The notes under the pieces: model-generated | Databases searched by the model: none | Seen by the model: the letters and a program-made list of their open reading frames with translations, nothing else | What the model was told of the DNA's origin: nothing | Position numbers and translations under genes: made by a program | Shown: positions 20,684 to 30,092 of the stretch, piece after piece | Position numbering within the stretch: the first letter of the stretch is position 1 | Layout: the number at the start of each line of letters is the position of its first letter | NCBI GenBank assembly: GCA_038064675.1 | Contig: JBBTSM010000010.1 | Location: 2,977 to 66,976 of the forward strand | Length of the DNA: 64,000 nucleotides | Reading direction: 5' to 3' | From: Patescibacteria group bacterium | GTDB lineage: Bacteria > Patescibacteriota > Patescibacteriia > UBA9934

Positions 20684-21852
20684 ATACAAATCTGTCGTGA
20701 GTCTCGATTGTCCGAAAACGTCAGTCGCCAGTACGTATCGTCTTCCTGAACGCGCAGTTCCATTCCAATCTCCTTACAGATTCTGGAGAAGACTTCTCGA
20801 CAAAGCAGAAATCGACTTTCCAACGTATTTGTTAATGGAGTTGGCGGTGTAACCGTGAGCTTTTGTAAATAAAATTCAAACTCCTCTGCCGCACGTTTTG
20901 TGATGCTCGGCGCAACTCCCGTCTGTACAGCATTCCGAATGGATTTCAGGATCTCCTCTTCACTTTTATTTCGAATATCTGCGGTAAAAAAATCACTATA
21001 TGCTTGCACCGCACGAATGTTTTTAAGAAAACCATGTGCGATTCTTCGGCAGGAAGTAGTAATATACGGATGCGTTCGCAAAAAACTTTGCATTCCAAAC
21101 TTTCTTACAAAGAAATACGTAAGTACAAGCTCCTCTCCAACCCACGCCGAGGGATCGAATCCTCCGATGCGAACATATGAAGCAGCACTCAAAACAGTGT
21201 TCCCGCACCATGCGCTAACAAAAGCATCCTCCGGAGCGTCAGGACCGTATGCACTTTCCAAATTCTCTACCAATCTTACTAAATCACCAAAATACGGAAT
21301 TTCATATGCGGCGTCAATATAATGCTGCGACTGCGTACTCAACAGCGCCTTTCCACGGTGAAGAGCAACAAGACTCTCAAGATACTCTGGATCGATCTTC
21401 AGTGCATCGGCGTCATTATTCACGAGCAAGGTCTCCAAACCAGATCCACGCAAAAGCGCAAGGTCATTCAGAATCTTCCGAAGAAGTCCAATTGGCGCCT
21501 TCTGTGAAAATGTCCATTCAAAAAAACACACTCGAACCGTGTGTGATTTTTGAAATTCACGAACCTGATTTTTCAACCTATTCACTGATGAATCTTCTTC
21601 CCTCCGGTTCAGGAACAGAAGAACCTCGTAACGTTGTTTTTTAATTGTCTGTTTCTCGTACAGCGTCAAAAGCCGTTCGATATTCTGTTCGGATGAATGT
21701 ACGGGGATTAAAACAAAAATGGACGTCCCTGGCACAGCCGGTGGCAGCTGTGCCAGAACATCAGCGAGCGTCTGAACGTATTCAGGATGGTTCTTCTGCT
21801 CGTTCGCAAGATACTCTTGAATCTCATCGACCATACTCAGCTCCATTGCCAT
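20674..21852 (-). CDS. GT-A-like (DXD motif) glycosyltransferase-family-2-like protein; stand-alone paralog of the C-terminal domain of the giant protein at 22829..27748
   Basis: SIFVLIPVHSSEQNIERLL (GT2-like first strand), LLVNNDADALKIDPEYLESLV, SAASYVRIGGFD. These align with giant-protein segments FEILLYVNWPK, LVIANDADTVYGSPEYLVDVL, RGSSYAAIGGN. Confidence 0.55.
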   Translation of the reverse strand: MAMELSMVDEIQEYLANEQKNHPEYVQTLADVLAQLPPAVPGTSIFVLIPVHSSEQNIERLLTLYEKQTIKKQRYEVLLFLNRREEDSSVNRLKNQVREFQKSHTVRVCFFEWTFSQKAPIGLLRKILNDLALLRGSGLETLLVNNDADALKIDPEYLESLVALHRGKALLSTQSQHYIDAAYEIPYFGDLVRLVENLESAYGPDAPEDAFVSAWCGNTVLSAASYVRIGGFDPSAWVGEELVLTYFFVRKFGMQSFLRTHPYITTSCRRIAHGFLKNIRAVQAYSDFFTADIRNKSEEEILKSIRNAVQTGVAPSITKRAAEEFEFYLQKLTVTPPTPLTNTLESRFLLCREVFSRICKEIGMELRVQEDDTYWRLTFSDNRDSRQICIQK

Positions 21853-21855
21853 TTC

Positions 21856-22251
21856 TTATTCTTGCGACTCACCTTTCGTCGCTTTGTCCAAGGCAGAGTG
21901 ATATACGGTTAATGCATCCAAACGCGCCCGTTGCTCATCCAAGCCTTCCGTGCCCGCAAGAGGAGACCGCGCCTCTGCAGAACCCTCACGACTCATCCTA
22001 TTTGCCAAGGCTGCGTAATACGCGTCCCAATCCACTACTGATTGTGGCCCCGCTTGACGAAGTGCTTCTGCCTTAGCCATAGCCTCTTCCTTTGTCCCTG
22101 GATAAACAGCAACAGTGGCAGCATGTTCATGTGCTGCAAGTAACGTATCGAATGCCTTCTTCTGACCCGGCGTATACAAAATTTGGTCTGGTTCGTGAGT
22201 CCTATCCCCTTCCGGCACACGCTCAATAAACGGATCTTTTGGTTCTGGCAT
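21856..22251 (-). CDS. hypothetical protein (131 aa), co-transcribed upstream of the GT-A-like gene
   Basis: 4-bp gap to the downstream gene. No motif. Confidence 0.4.
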   Translation of the reverse strand: MPEPKDPFIERVPEGDRTHEPDQILYTPGQKKAFDTLLAAHEHAATVAVYPGTKEEAMAKAEALRQAGPQSVVDWDAYYAALANRMSREGSAEARSPLAGTEGLDEQRARLDALTVYHSALDKATKGESQE

Positions 22252-22316
22252 ACGATGGTATTAAGAATCTAAAGCAATTCTAACAGATACAGGAAATATT
22301 CTCTGTTGTTATTCAC

Positions 22317-22412
22317 AGAAAGAGGTGATCCGCGCTCTGACGGCATTACAATCTGGCGAGCTGTGTCCGGTGGAATGGGAACCGGGTGAGAAGACCTTAG
22401 GGAAGGTGTAGA
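22317..22412 (+). pseudogene. Remnant 3' fragment (last ~31 codons plus stop) of a second, diverged peroxiredoxin gene
   Basis: Encodes S-KEVIRALTALQSGELCPVEWEPGEKTLGKV*. The prx gene ends SVKEVIRVLTALQSGELCPVEWEPGEKTLGKA*. About 80% nucleotide identity, differences mostly synonymous. No upstream ORF. Confidence 0.7.
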
Positions 22413-22443
22413 ATAACGGTGAGGCAATTAATGCTGCATCAAT

Positions 22444-22785
22444 ATGAGCAATGAGCTCCCATCACAAAGAGAGGTTGTCGAGGCAGAAATTCAAAGAGTA
22501 ATCGCCGACTACCGCGAACAAGAAAAACTTGCAGCGAGCCCAGATTACAATATTCGATACGGACCAAAGTATTTTATTGGACTAAACAAAGGACGATTTG
22601 CTTTTGCGGCACTAGGCGTTCCGCAAACGCGCGATGGTGGCGCACCATTCTATCCAAACTGGACTGTTGAAGATTTTCGACATGTCTGCCGAGAACTCGG
22701 GATCGACTACGAAGCAGCAGATACATTTGCGAACCAAGAGGTTGCCCAAAGAACACAGCGAGGTGCAGGAAAAGAGAATAATTAG
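22444..22785 (+). CDS. hypothetical protein (113 aa)
   Basis: ORF followed by the hairpin terminator at 22797. No motif. Confidence 0.4.
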   Translation: MSNELPSQREVVEAEIQRVIADYREQEKLAASPDYNIRYGPKYFIGLNKGRFAFAALGVPQTRDGGAPFYPNWTVEDFRHVCRELGIDYEAADTFANQEVAQRTQRGAGKENN

Positions 22786-22796
22786 CGGGTACAAAA

Positions 22797-22822
22797 AATC
22801 AGAGCCGTGCGGCTCTGATTTG
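22797..22822. terminator. hairpin aaatcagagccgtgcggctctgattt, between convergent genes
   Basis: Core tcagagccgYgYggctctga nearly identical to the hairpin at 20655. Confidence 0.6.
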
Positions 22823-22828
22823 TTATTG

Positions 22829-25800
22829 CTAGAACACCGGAGGAACAAATGGCCCCAATGGGTTATTTTTTAACTTCGCACCCTTTCTGTTGCTTTCTCG
22901 ATACTCAAGAAGTCTCCTGCGGAGAACCGATGTATCAGTTGGGATTACCGTAATCCACTCAGGATGAGGTGAGATATCGGCCTTTATGCCAAGGAAATCC
23001 AATGTCTGCCTCAAATACTCTTCACCTTCAAGACCGATTTGTCCGCTTCCGTGATAGTAGAAGGTTTTTTGTGCAATATGCATGAACGCTTCAATTTCAT
23101 CACGGATTCTGGCATTGAATTGTTGAACAATTTCATCGCTCTCCGAAGCCTCGGCGAGCTTTCGGACATCGAGATTTTCAGGTTGCGCGTGTTCCGCCAT
23201 TCCACCTCCTCGAACATTTTTTCTGTCGTTAAAATCAGACCACGTGTACGCAACAAGCTCTCCACTTTTGAACTTATCGATTTCACGACGTGGGTCGACC
23301 ATGACCCAATCCTTGTTCGAATATCCAACCGTTCTCTTTCCACCACGAGCGACTGAGAAGAGACGACCGAATTCGATATCTGCCCAGAAATCCTTGGTAC
23401 GATTTCCACCGATTGCGGCATAACTTGATCCGCGCAAAATCGTATTTCGTCCCTGAGTCATAATGTTCCCAGTCTTTGAGCGTGAAATTGCTTCGATAAA
23501 CTGCGCAAACCTCATCGCAACATGGAAGGTTGGATTCTTTTCGTAAACCTCCGGATCGAGATCCTGCCTACCGACAAGAGCGTCCAAATCCGGTCTCTTC
23601 TTCATGTCATCAAGGACATCGACAAGATACTCTGGAGATCCATAGACTGTATCTGCATCGTTGGCGATGACGAGAATTTCCCGGTCTCCTGATCGTCGAA
23701 GGTTTCGTCGCAACGCGAGATCGAATACTTTTCTTTTAATCCAACCGACTTCAGGTTTTCCGACCTTAATTTCCTCAGAGTATACCTTCAGTGCAACTTT
23801 AGGGTGATCTTTTCTGAAACGCTCGATCTCCGAGAATGTTTTGTTTGCATCTGCGCCTTTTGGCCAGTTGACGTAAAGAAGTATCTCAAACTTCGCGGTT
23901 TTTCCGGCCCAAACTGAAGCACCTTTCCGGTCGCGGTTCACCGCATACGTCTCCAGAGTTCTGTAAATATTTGCATGCTCACCGGCACCAGCAGCCGCCA
24001 ACGCAACACAAGCTTCTACGCTATCACCCATCTTGTCTTTGTTTTGAGCGTCAAGCGTATCGAGTTCCTTTTTGTAGCCAGGATAGCGCCTTTCCATGTC
24101 TTCGAAATACCATTCCATCTCCTTTCGCGGATTGAGAGGCGCATTTGGATCCTCTTTCAATCGAGGAGACATATCTGCACGAAGTGCCTGTTCGCTCCCC
24201 TCGGTTGCATTTGGGTAATACGGATACAGCGCAATAGCAGAATCTCCACCTTCTAATTCTGGCGTCTGATTCCCCGCTTCTGGCCCTGCAAATTCACCGG
24301 GCGGCAAAGGTGGTGGTGCAACTGGAGGCATAAACGGACCCGCCTCACCTCGAGGCCCCTTCTTCATCGGCTCCATCGGTTGACGACCGCGAATTGGGAC
24401 GAACCAAGGGACGATGACTGGCGGAACTTCGTGGCCTGGGAGATCGATGTTCGTGACGTGGCGAGCGACGGATTCAGCGGTGTCGGTGGAGGTAATTCCG
24501 GAATGGACTCCAGCGCCCTGCGCTGTTGCAAGAATACTGAAGTGGTTCACGCCAGCGGCATCGAAGCCTTTAGAAACTCCAACCTCGGCAGTGTGATACA
24601 GCGGAATAACCTTTCCGTGATCAATGCGGAAGAACGTCTTGCCGATGTCCGATGTCGGATCGATATGAATCTGCCCGTGTTGATCCGGTAATACTTCAAT
24701 AACACTATTCTGCGCGTGATCGTTCATCGTGAGCAACACACGAATTTTGCCCTCAACAAGTTCTGCCGGAGCATTATCTGTTAATCCGCTATGGAATGAA
24801 CCGTCCTTCGCCATGTGACCCATGGTCATGACGATCTGGCCATCTGAATCCAAACCCATTGGGTGCACGCCATCGCCGGTCACTCCGCCCCATTCAAGTT
24901 TCAATTCGTTGTGATCTGCGCCAAGCCAACGCTTAAGCTCCTCTGAAAAATGCATCGGCGTGTCGTTGTCCATCCAGTGATCGCGATGGATTTTCTGCAT
25001 TGCATGATGACGCAACCATTCCCATGTGCTTTCTTTGGTACTGGTGGTGGCGCCTGAATTGATCCACTGATCTTTCTCCACAATATTCGCGCCTGCACCT
25101 CGCAACGTAGCCTCCGACGCAGCATCAAGATGACCCGATGCATCGATGTGCAGGCCAGATGCAATTGCATGATGATCCGCGGCAGACTCAAGAACAAAGC
25201 TTCCATCCGCCTGCGGCACAAGATCGGTTCCCGGAGGAGTCGTGAACGATCCCCCGCCAATCATTTCCATATTCGGTGAACCGACGGCAGCAAGCGGGGC
25301 ATGATTAAAGTACGCCATGAGCGCATGCCACGCACTGCCGATGGTGGTGTCTCCACCCGTACCAAGCGCCCACAGGTCGTGAGCGACGGTACCAACAACG
25401 GCACCGATCGCCATCGTAGAAAGTCCGCGCTTCAATGCGACACGGTTCGACCACTCTGCGAACTTCTTCTGCTGCACGCGCGCTTTGCTGGTCTCCTTGC
25501 CATATAAGGAAACTTCACTCAGCTTATAGATATAGTCAAAGTACTCCTGAAATCCGGCGACGGTCTTATTCTTTACTTTCTCTCCGTATGCATCTTCGTG
25601 TGCTTTCCGAAGGGCGGCTTTCAAACTTGCACGCGCAACATCGAGATTCAACCGTTCAACTTCAGCCTCCGCAACGCCTGTATATTTCAGCAAGTCGATC
25701 TTCTCGCGATCACTGATACGAATACGCGCCTCTATATTCGCAAGGACTTCAGTAGCATTTTCGATCGTGACATCACCACGCAACTCTTTGCTATCCGCAC

Positions 25801-27748
25801 TCAAGAATCCGCGAACACTTTCCGCGAGCCCCTTTGCACTTTCACGAGCAAGCGCAAACTTCTCCATCTCTGCGCGACGAGGCTGAACCTCGCGACCACT
25901 CCGCAGCGCTTGGATTTCCTTTTCTAACGAATACCGCTCCATCGGCTGCCACCATCCAAGCTTTCCCTGTCTCGCTAATAATTCTGCCTCAACCTTATTC
26001 GAATCGTCATTCTTCGTCTCCCCACCAAGCGCCATCTGGCGTTCGTGAAGAGCGCGCTCGCTGTTCAATCGGCCCTTTTCTTTCCATGCGCTGTACGCTC
26101 CAGTGACAACTGCGGAACCTCCAAACGTAAGTGCCTTTGCCGCCGTGTTTTTGAGACCGGCCATAATTCCAATTCCCCACATGGACGCTGCCGCGCCAAG
26201 CGCGATACCGATTTCGTTTCGAAACGCTATGGCAATGGCGCCTCCAGCCACAGGGTGACGACTACTCCATTGATCAAGCTTTTCAAGTGTTTTATCAATA
26301 AAATTCTTTTCTCGTTCCGTCCGAGCGCCAAGCTTCATTCGACCAACGACAATTTCAAGATCAATATCCAGATTCTCCATCCCATTCACTGCCGCGGCAG
26401 CCTGACGAACCTGTTCCGCAAGCTTGTCCAAGTTATCCGCATACAACATGCCACGCCCTTTTGCTTCTCCGCCCAATGCATTCGCACTCGCGAAAATTTT
26501 ATCCCGACGTAATTGCAATTCCTCCTTGCTCATTTCAACGTTCGAGGCATATTCCTTCACCAACTCCAACAGATCAACACGAACCGCCTCTTCTTCTGGC
26601 GAATACTTCGTGACGCCTTCTGCATCTTTCTTTCCAAACTCCGTTCTTCGTTCTCCGTGCGCACCTTCGTTGTGCAAAAATTCATCACTTCGTTGCACCA
26701 AGCGTTCAAGCATCGCGCCAGTTGCCTTTTCGTGGTCTGCACGACTCAGCCCCTTACCAACGAAAACGTTGCGCGTAGACAGCACCTGGTTGCGTAATTT
26801 TCCAATCCCACGCTGTCGATATTCCTCGTGCGCAAGATTATGCTTGAAAATCTTATCCCACGTTCCCGCATCTCGCTTTTCTGCGTGCAATGATTCATCT
26901 ACGTCGTCACTGATAATATCCTCGGCCGTATCAGAGATATCGCCTGCGCCGTACCGCAAATGCAAAGGAACGCCCTTTTTCGCGACGGGCTTTTCGCTTT
27001 CGTCATCCTCAAGCTCAACCATCACTGGCGTTGCTGGGGGTTTTGCACCCGTCTCAACAACTTTGCGCTCCATAGAATCCGCGGTCAATTTCTCGAGATT
27101 CACAGAAACTCCACTCCCGTCTACATCAGCTGGGAGTGCTTTGACGCCCTCAGACATCGCTACAACCTTAGCAACAGGTATCGCAAGAATTTCACCTTTC
27201 GGTCCTTTTAACAGCACCGGGCTACCATCATCTCCAGACACAACACCAAGAATTCTCCATCGCTCCACTGCGGCCCCGCGCAACAAAAAAACATCTTCAC
27301 CGGCACGCCGTGCATACGCAGCCTGAGCGCGGCGAGCCTCATCTTCTGTCCATGATTCTGCCGACCAACGATGTCGTGGGCGCCTGTACGTTTCACCACG
27401 AGATACAGCATTATCGTATCCGCTCCGCATTTCGTCATCAGACAAAATTCCGTACGCATCGGCGGCCTCCTTAAATCTCCGGCTCGCCTCAGCTCGAACA
27501 GCGGCCGATTCCTTGTCGTGTCTATCAGGATGAAATTTCATCGCAAGCTTAAGGAAAGCAGCCTTAATTTCATCTTTACTCGCATTAGCGCGAACGCCCA
27601 AAGCATCGTACAGGGTCTTCGGCGCAGATTCACTACTTGATTCCGCGGTATCCGTCGCCTCGTGCGAACCGCTGTTTTTTTTATAGCCCCCGGCAACTCC
27701 CAGTCCGAAGAACGTATCTTTTCCTAACGGCATTTTATACATCAACAT
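22829..27748 (-). CDS. giant multidomain protein (1639 aa): N-terminal DnaJ J-domain, coiled-coil region, Gly/Ala-rich TM segments, proline-rich linker, C-terminal GT-A-like (DXD) domain
   Basis: J-domain TLYDALGVRANASKDEIKAAFLKLAMKFHPDRH...YGILSDDEMRSGYD with HPD. Hydrophobic AGGAIAIAFRNEIGIALGAAASMWGIGIMAG and GLSTMAIGAVVGTVAHDLWALG. PFMPPVAPPPLPPGEF linker. C-terminal LVIANDADTVYGSPEYL. Confidence 0.8.
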   Translation of the reverse strand: MLMYKMPLGKDTFFGLGVAGGYKKNSGSHEATDTAESSSESAPKTLYDALGVRANASKDEIKAAFLKLAMKFHPDRHDKESAAVRAEASRRFKEAADAYGILSDDEMRSGYDNAVSRGETYRRPRHRWSAESWTEDEARRAQAAYARRAGEDVFLLRGAAVERWRILGVVSGDDGSPVLLKGPKGEILAIPVAKVVAMSEGVKALPADVDGSGVSVNLEKLTADSMERKVVETGAKPPATPVMVELEDDESEKPVAKKGVPLHLRYGAGDISDTAEDIISDDVDESLHAEKRDAGTWDKIFKHNLAHEEYRQRGIGKLRNQVLSTRNVFVGKGLSRADHEKATGAMLERLVQRSDEFLHNEGAHGERRTEFGKKDAEGVTKYSPEEEAVRVDLLELVKEYASNVEMSKEELQLRRDKIFASANALGGEAKGRGMLYADNLDKLAEQVRQAAAAVNGMENLDIDLEIVVGRMKLGARTEREKNFIDKTLEKLDQWSSRHPVAGGAIAIAFRNEIGIALGAAASMWGIGIMAGLKNTAAKALTFGGSAVVTGAYSAWKEKGRLNSERALHERQMALGGETKNDDSNKVEAELLARQGKLGWWQPMERYSLEKEIQALRSGREVQPRRAEMEKFALARESAKGLAESVRGFLSADSKELRGDVTIENATEVLANIEARIRISDREKIDLLKYTGVAEAEVERLNLDVARASLKAALRKAHEDAYGEKVKNKTVAGFQEYFDYIYKLSEVSLYGKETSKARVQQKKFAEWSNRVALKRGLSTMAIGAVVGTVAHDLWALGTGGDTTIGSAWHALMAYFNHAPLAAVGSPNMEMIGGGSFTTPPGTDLVPQADGSFVLESAADHHAIASGLHIDASGHLDAASEATLRGAGANIVEKDQWINSGATTSTKESTWEWLRHHAMQKIHRDHWMDNDTPMHFSEELKRWLGADHNELKLEWGGVTGDGVHPMGLDSDGQIVMTMGHMAKDGSFHSGLTDNAPAELVEGKIRVLLTMNDHAQNSVIEVLPDQHGQIHIDPTSDIGKTFFRIDHGKVIPLYHTAEVGVSKGFDAAGVNHFSILATAQGAGVHSGITSTDTAESVARHVTNIDLPGHEVPPVIVPWFVPIRGRQPMEPMKKGPRGEAGPFMPPVAPPPLPPGEFAGPEAGNQTPELEGGDSAIALYPYYPNATEGSEQALRADMSPRLKEDPNAPLNPRKEMEWYFEDMERRYPGYKKELDTLDAQNKDKMGDSVEACVALAAAGAGEHANIYRTLETYAVNRDRKGASVWAGKTAKFEILLYVNWPKGADANKTFSEIERFRKDHPKVALKVYSEEIKVGKPEVGWIKRKVFDLALRRNLRRSGDREILVIANDADTVYGSPEYLVDVLDDMKKRPDLDALVGRQDLDPEVYEKNPTFHVAMRFAQFIEAISRSKTGNIMTQGRNTILRGSSYAAIGGNRTKDFWADIEFGRLFSVARGGKRTVGYSNKDWVMVDPRREIDKFKSGELVAYTWSDFNDRKNVRGGGMAEHAQPENLDVRKLAEASESDEIVQQFNARIRDEIEAFMHIAQKTFYYHGSGQIGLEGEEYLRQTLDFLGIKADISPHPEWITVIPTDTSVLRRRLLEYRESNRKGAKLKNNPLGPFVPPVF

Positions 27749-27765
27749 ACTTTTACACTAACGCG

Positions 27766-28065
27766 TTAGCTAAGGTACGACGTACGGAAATCCATGAGCG
27801 TTCGCGCAAGCACTTCCTGATAGTTTGGCACGTTGCTCACGAAAAACTCGCGAACAACGTCTGGTTCGGCATCGGCGTCCATAAGGTCGTTGAGCTCCTC
27901 AACTTTGTCTGTCTCGAGTAAGGCGACCATCTCTGCATTCAAACGCTCGCCAATTCTCGTCATGAGGTCTGCGCGAAGCTCGGCAAGCACCGCTTCGTCT
28001 ACCGATGTAAGCCCTCGTTCCACGAGCAAATTCTCTACGAACTGTTCAAGCGTTGGAGCTGCCAT
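27766..28065 (-). CDS. small acidic hypothetical protein (~100 aa) immediately upstream of the giant gene
   Basis: Start MAAPTLEQF; 18-bp gap to the giant ORF; acidic helical composition. Confidence 0.45.
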   Translation of the reverse strand: MAAPTLEQFVENLLVERGLTSVDEAVLAELRADLMTRIGERLNAEMVALLETDKVEELNDLMDADAEPDVVREFFVSNVPNYQEVLARTLMDFRTSYLS

Positions 28066-28144
28066 AGCAAAAAGCAAAGAGTATTAGCTCAAGTATAACA
28101 AAATGCACACCCCATCGATCCGATGAGGTGTGCATGATTCCACA

Positions 28145-29653
28145 TTACATTCTCTCGACCAGCTCAACGAGCGTTCGCACGCCGTGACCGGTTCCGCCTT
28201 TGCCCAAGTAGCTTCCCATTGGCTTTTCGGCAAATGCTGGGCCGGCGATATCCAGGTGCACCCATGGCAAGCCGTCCACGAACTCTTCCAGGAAGAGGCC
28301 GGCGGTGAGCGATCCACCGTATCGCGACGTTGGGATGTTTCGCAGATCGGCGATATCGGATTCGATGAGCGATCGATATCGCTTCTCCAGTGGCATGCGC
28401 CACATCTTCTCACCGGCGTCTTCTGCGGAATCGAGAACCGACTGCGCGAGCTCGTCGTTATTACTCATCAATCCCGTAATCTCCTCGCCAAGCGCAACAA
28501 CACATGCTCCAGTCAACGTTGCAAGATCCACCATCGCCGTCGGCTCGAGCTTCTTGGCGTACGTCAGAGCATCGGCAAGCGTGAGGCGGCCTTCAGCATC
28601 GGTATTGAGAATTTCGATAGTCTTACCGTTGCTCGCCTTCACGACGTCGCCTGGGCGAATTGCTTTGCCCGACGGCATATTTTCGACTGCCGCGATAATG
28701 CCGTGCACCTCGCATCGAGGTTGCAGCTGACCAAGAACGGTGAAGAATCCAAGTACTGCCGCAGCGCCAGCCATGTCGCACTTCATCGTCATCATTCCGT
28801 CGCCAGGCTTTAATGATAATCCTCCGGAATCGAATGTAACGCCCTTGCCGATAACGGCGAGACGCTTCCGGCTCGATCGTTCTGGTGTGTACGTGAGATG
28901 CAAGAACTTCAGCGGCTCATCGGAGCCATTCCCCACCGCAACATACGAACCCATGCCAAGCTCTTCGCATTCAGCACGATCGAGAACCTTCAATGAGAAG
29001 TTCTTCCCCGCCTCCTTCACAATTCTCTCTGCAGCCTCAGCGAGCGCCGATGGCGTCATCACCTGCGCTGGCATATTGACGAGATCGCGAGCAACGGCAA
29101 CACCGCCAGCAATCGCACAGCCACGTTCCACTGCCTTGCGCACACGAAGCACGTCGCGACCGTCGCGAATCACCAACGTTATTTCCTTCATGCGCTTTGC
29201 ACCGTTCTTTTCCTTGTATGTATCGAATGCGTAGTCCGCAAGCTGCGCTGCGACCACCATGGCTTCTGCGACATCCGCAGCATCACCTTCTTCGGACACC
29301 GGAATTTCCACCGCGAGTGTCTTCGCACCAAATCGGCGAGTCAACGTGATTGCCGTTCCGATCATTTCGCGGGCGGATTCGAGCGTAGCATCTGTAGCCG
29401 ATCCCAAACCGATAACGAGGATGTGATGATGTGCCGCATCGTGAACATCAACGGCAAGAACCTCACCGGCCTTTCCGACAAATTCGGAAGCCTTCATCGA
29501 TCGTGCCGCGCTTTTCCGAACGGATTCTGGCATTCGTCCAACGATCGATTCTATCGAGAATCCTTCCCCACTAAACACCGGGAGCACGAGCACCTCGGCT
29601 TTTGCGGAAAACAGATCCATCTTTTCTCCAAGGATGTTCATAACGGTGTTCAT
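28145..29653 (-). CDS. pepA: leucyl aminopeptidase (M17 family)
   Basis: NTDAEGRLTLADAL is the M17 signature; also VGKGVTFDSGG and DMAGAAAV. Confidence 0.92.
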   Translation of the reverse strand: MNTVMNILGEKMDLFSAKAEVLVLPVFSGEGFSIESIVGRMPESVRKSAARSMKASEFVGKAGEVLAVDVHDAAHHHILVIGLGSATDATLESAREMIGTAITLTRRFGAKTLAVEIPVSEEGDAADVAEAMVVAAQLADYAFDTYKEKNGAKRMKEITLVIRDGRDVLRVRKAVERGCAIAGGVAVARDLVNMPAQVMTPSALAEAAERIVKEAGKNFSLKVLDRAECEELGMGSYVAVGNGSDEPLKFLHLTYTPERSSRKRLAVIGKGVTFDSGGLSLKPGDGMMTMKCDMAGAAAVLGFFTVLGQLQPRCEVHGIIAAVENMPSGKAIRPGDVVKASNGKTIEILNTDAEGRLTLADALTYAKKLEPTAMVDLATLTGACVVALGEEITGLMSNNDELAQSVLDSAEDAGEKMWRMPLEKRYRSLIESDIADLRNIPTSRYGGSLTAGLFLEEFVDGLPWVHLDIAGPAFAEKPMGSYLGKGGTGHGVRTLVELVERM

Positions 29654-29675
29654 AGCTCCTCCGAGTTAGAATGCA

Positions 29676-30017
29676 TTATTCCTGCAGGTACTGAGCCATC
29701 TTAGTCACAAGCGCTGGCACATCGTCAATGTGAACATCCCCAAGGAAGATGGGCGATCGCTGCGCTTGAGCGATCGACGGATTACCGTCTTGGGCAAATT
29801 GAGCGAGTGAAATGATGGCCACCGTCGGCCCTTCCTTGCAGTGATCCATACACGATGTGGAAAGAACCCGAACCGGCAAACCGGCAGCTTTCATTGCCTC
29901 CTTGATTGCTGCCCGAAGCCCTGGCTCGGTAACGCCGCAGGATTCCCTGCCATCGTCCCGGCGATTTTCACACACCAGAACCACGGATTTATACAGTTTT
30001 TGGCTAATCTCATGCAT
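29676..30017 (-). CDS. thioredoxin-like [2Fe-2S] ferredoxin family protein
   Basis: VLVCENRRDDGRESCGV ... VLSTSCMDHCKEGPTV: four-Cys pattern of the NuoE-like/2Fe-2S_thioredx fold. Confidence 0.65.
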   Translation of the reverse strand: MHEISQKLYKSVVLVCENRRDDGRESCGVTEPGLRAAIKEAMKAAGLPVRVLSTSCMDHCKEGPTVAIISLAQFAQDGNPSIAQAQRSPIFLGDVHIDDVPALVTKMAQYLQE

Positions 30018-30092
30018 ATTTGTGGGCGATTTGTTTGACGATTCATCGAACCTCAGGCATACTCTACTCCATCATTCGATTCCCTTTTCATT

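Noticed and set aside
22290-22316. Longer remnant of the second peroxiredoxin upstream of 22317
   Set aside because: Amino-acid similarity stops at S-KEVIR. Upstream sequence has no similarity to prx and no open frame.
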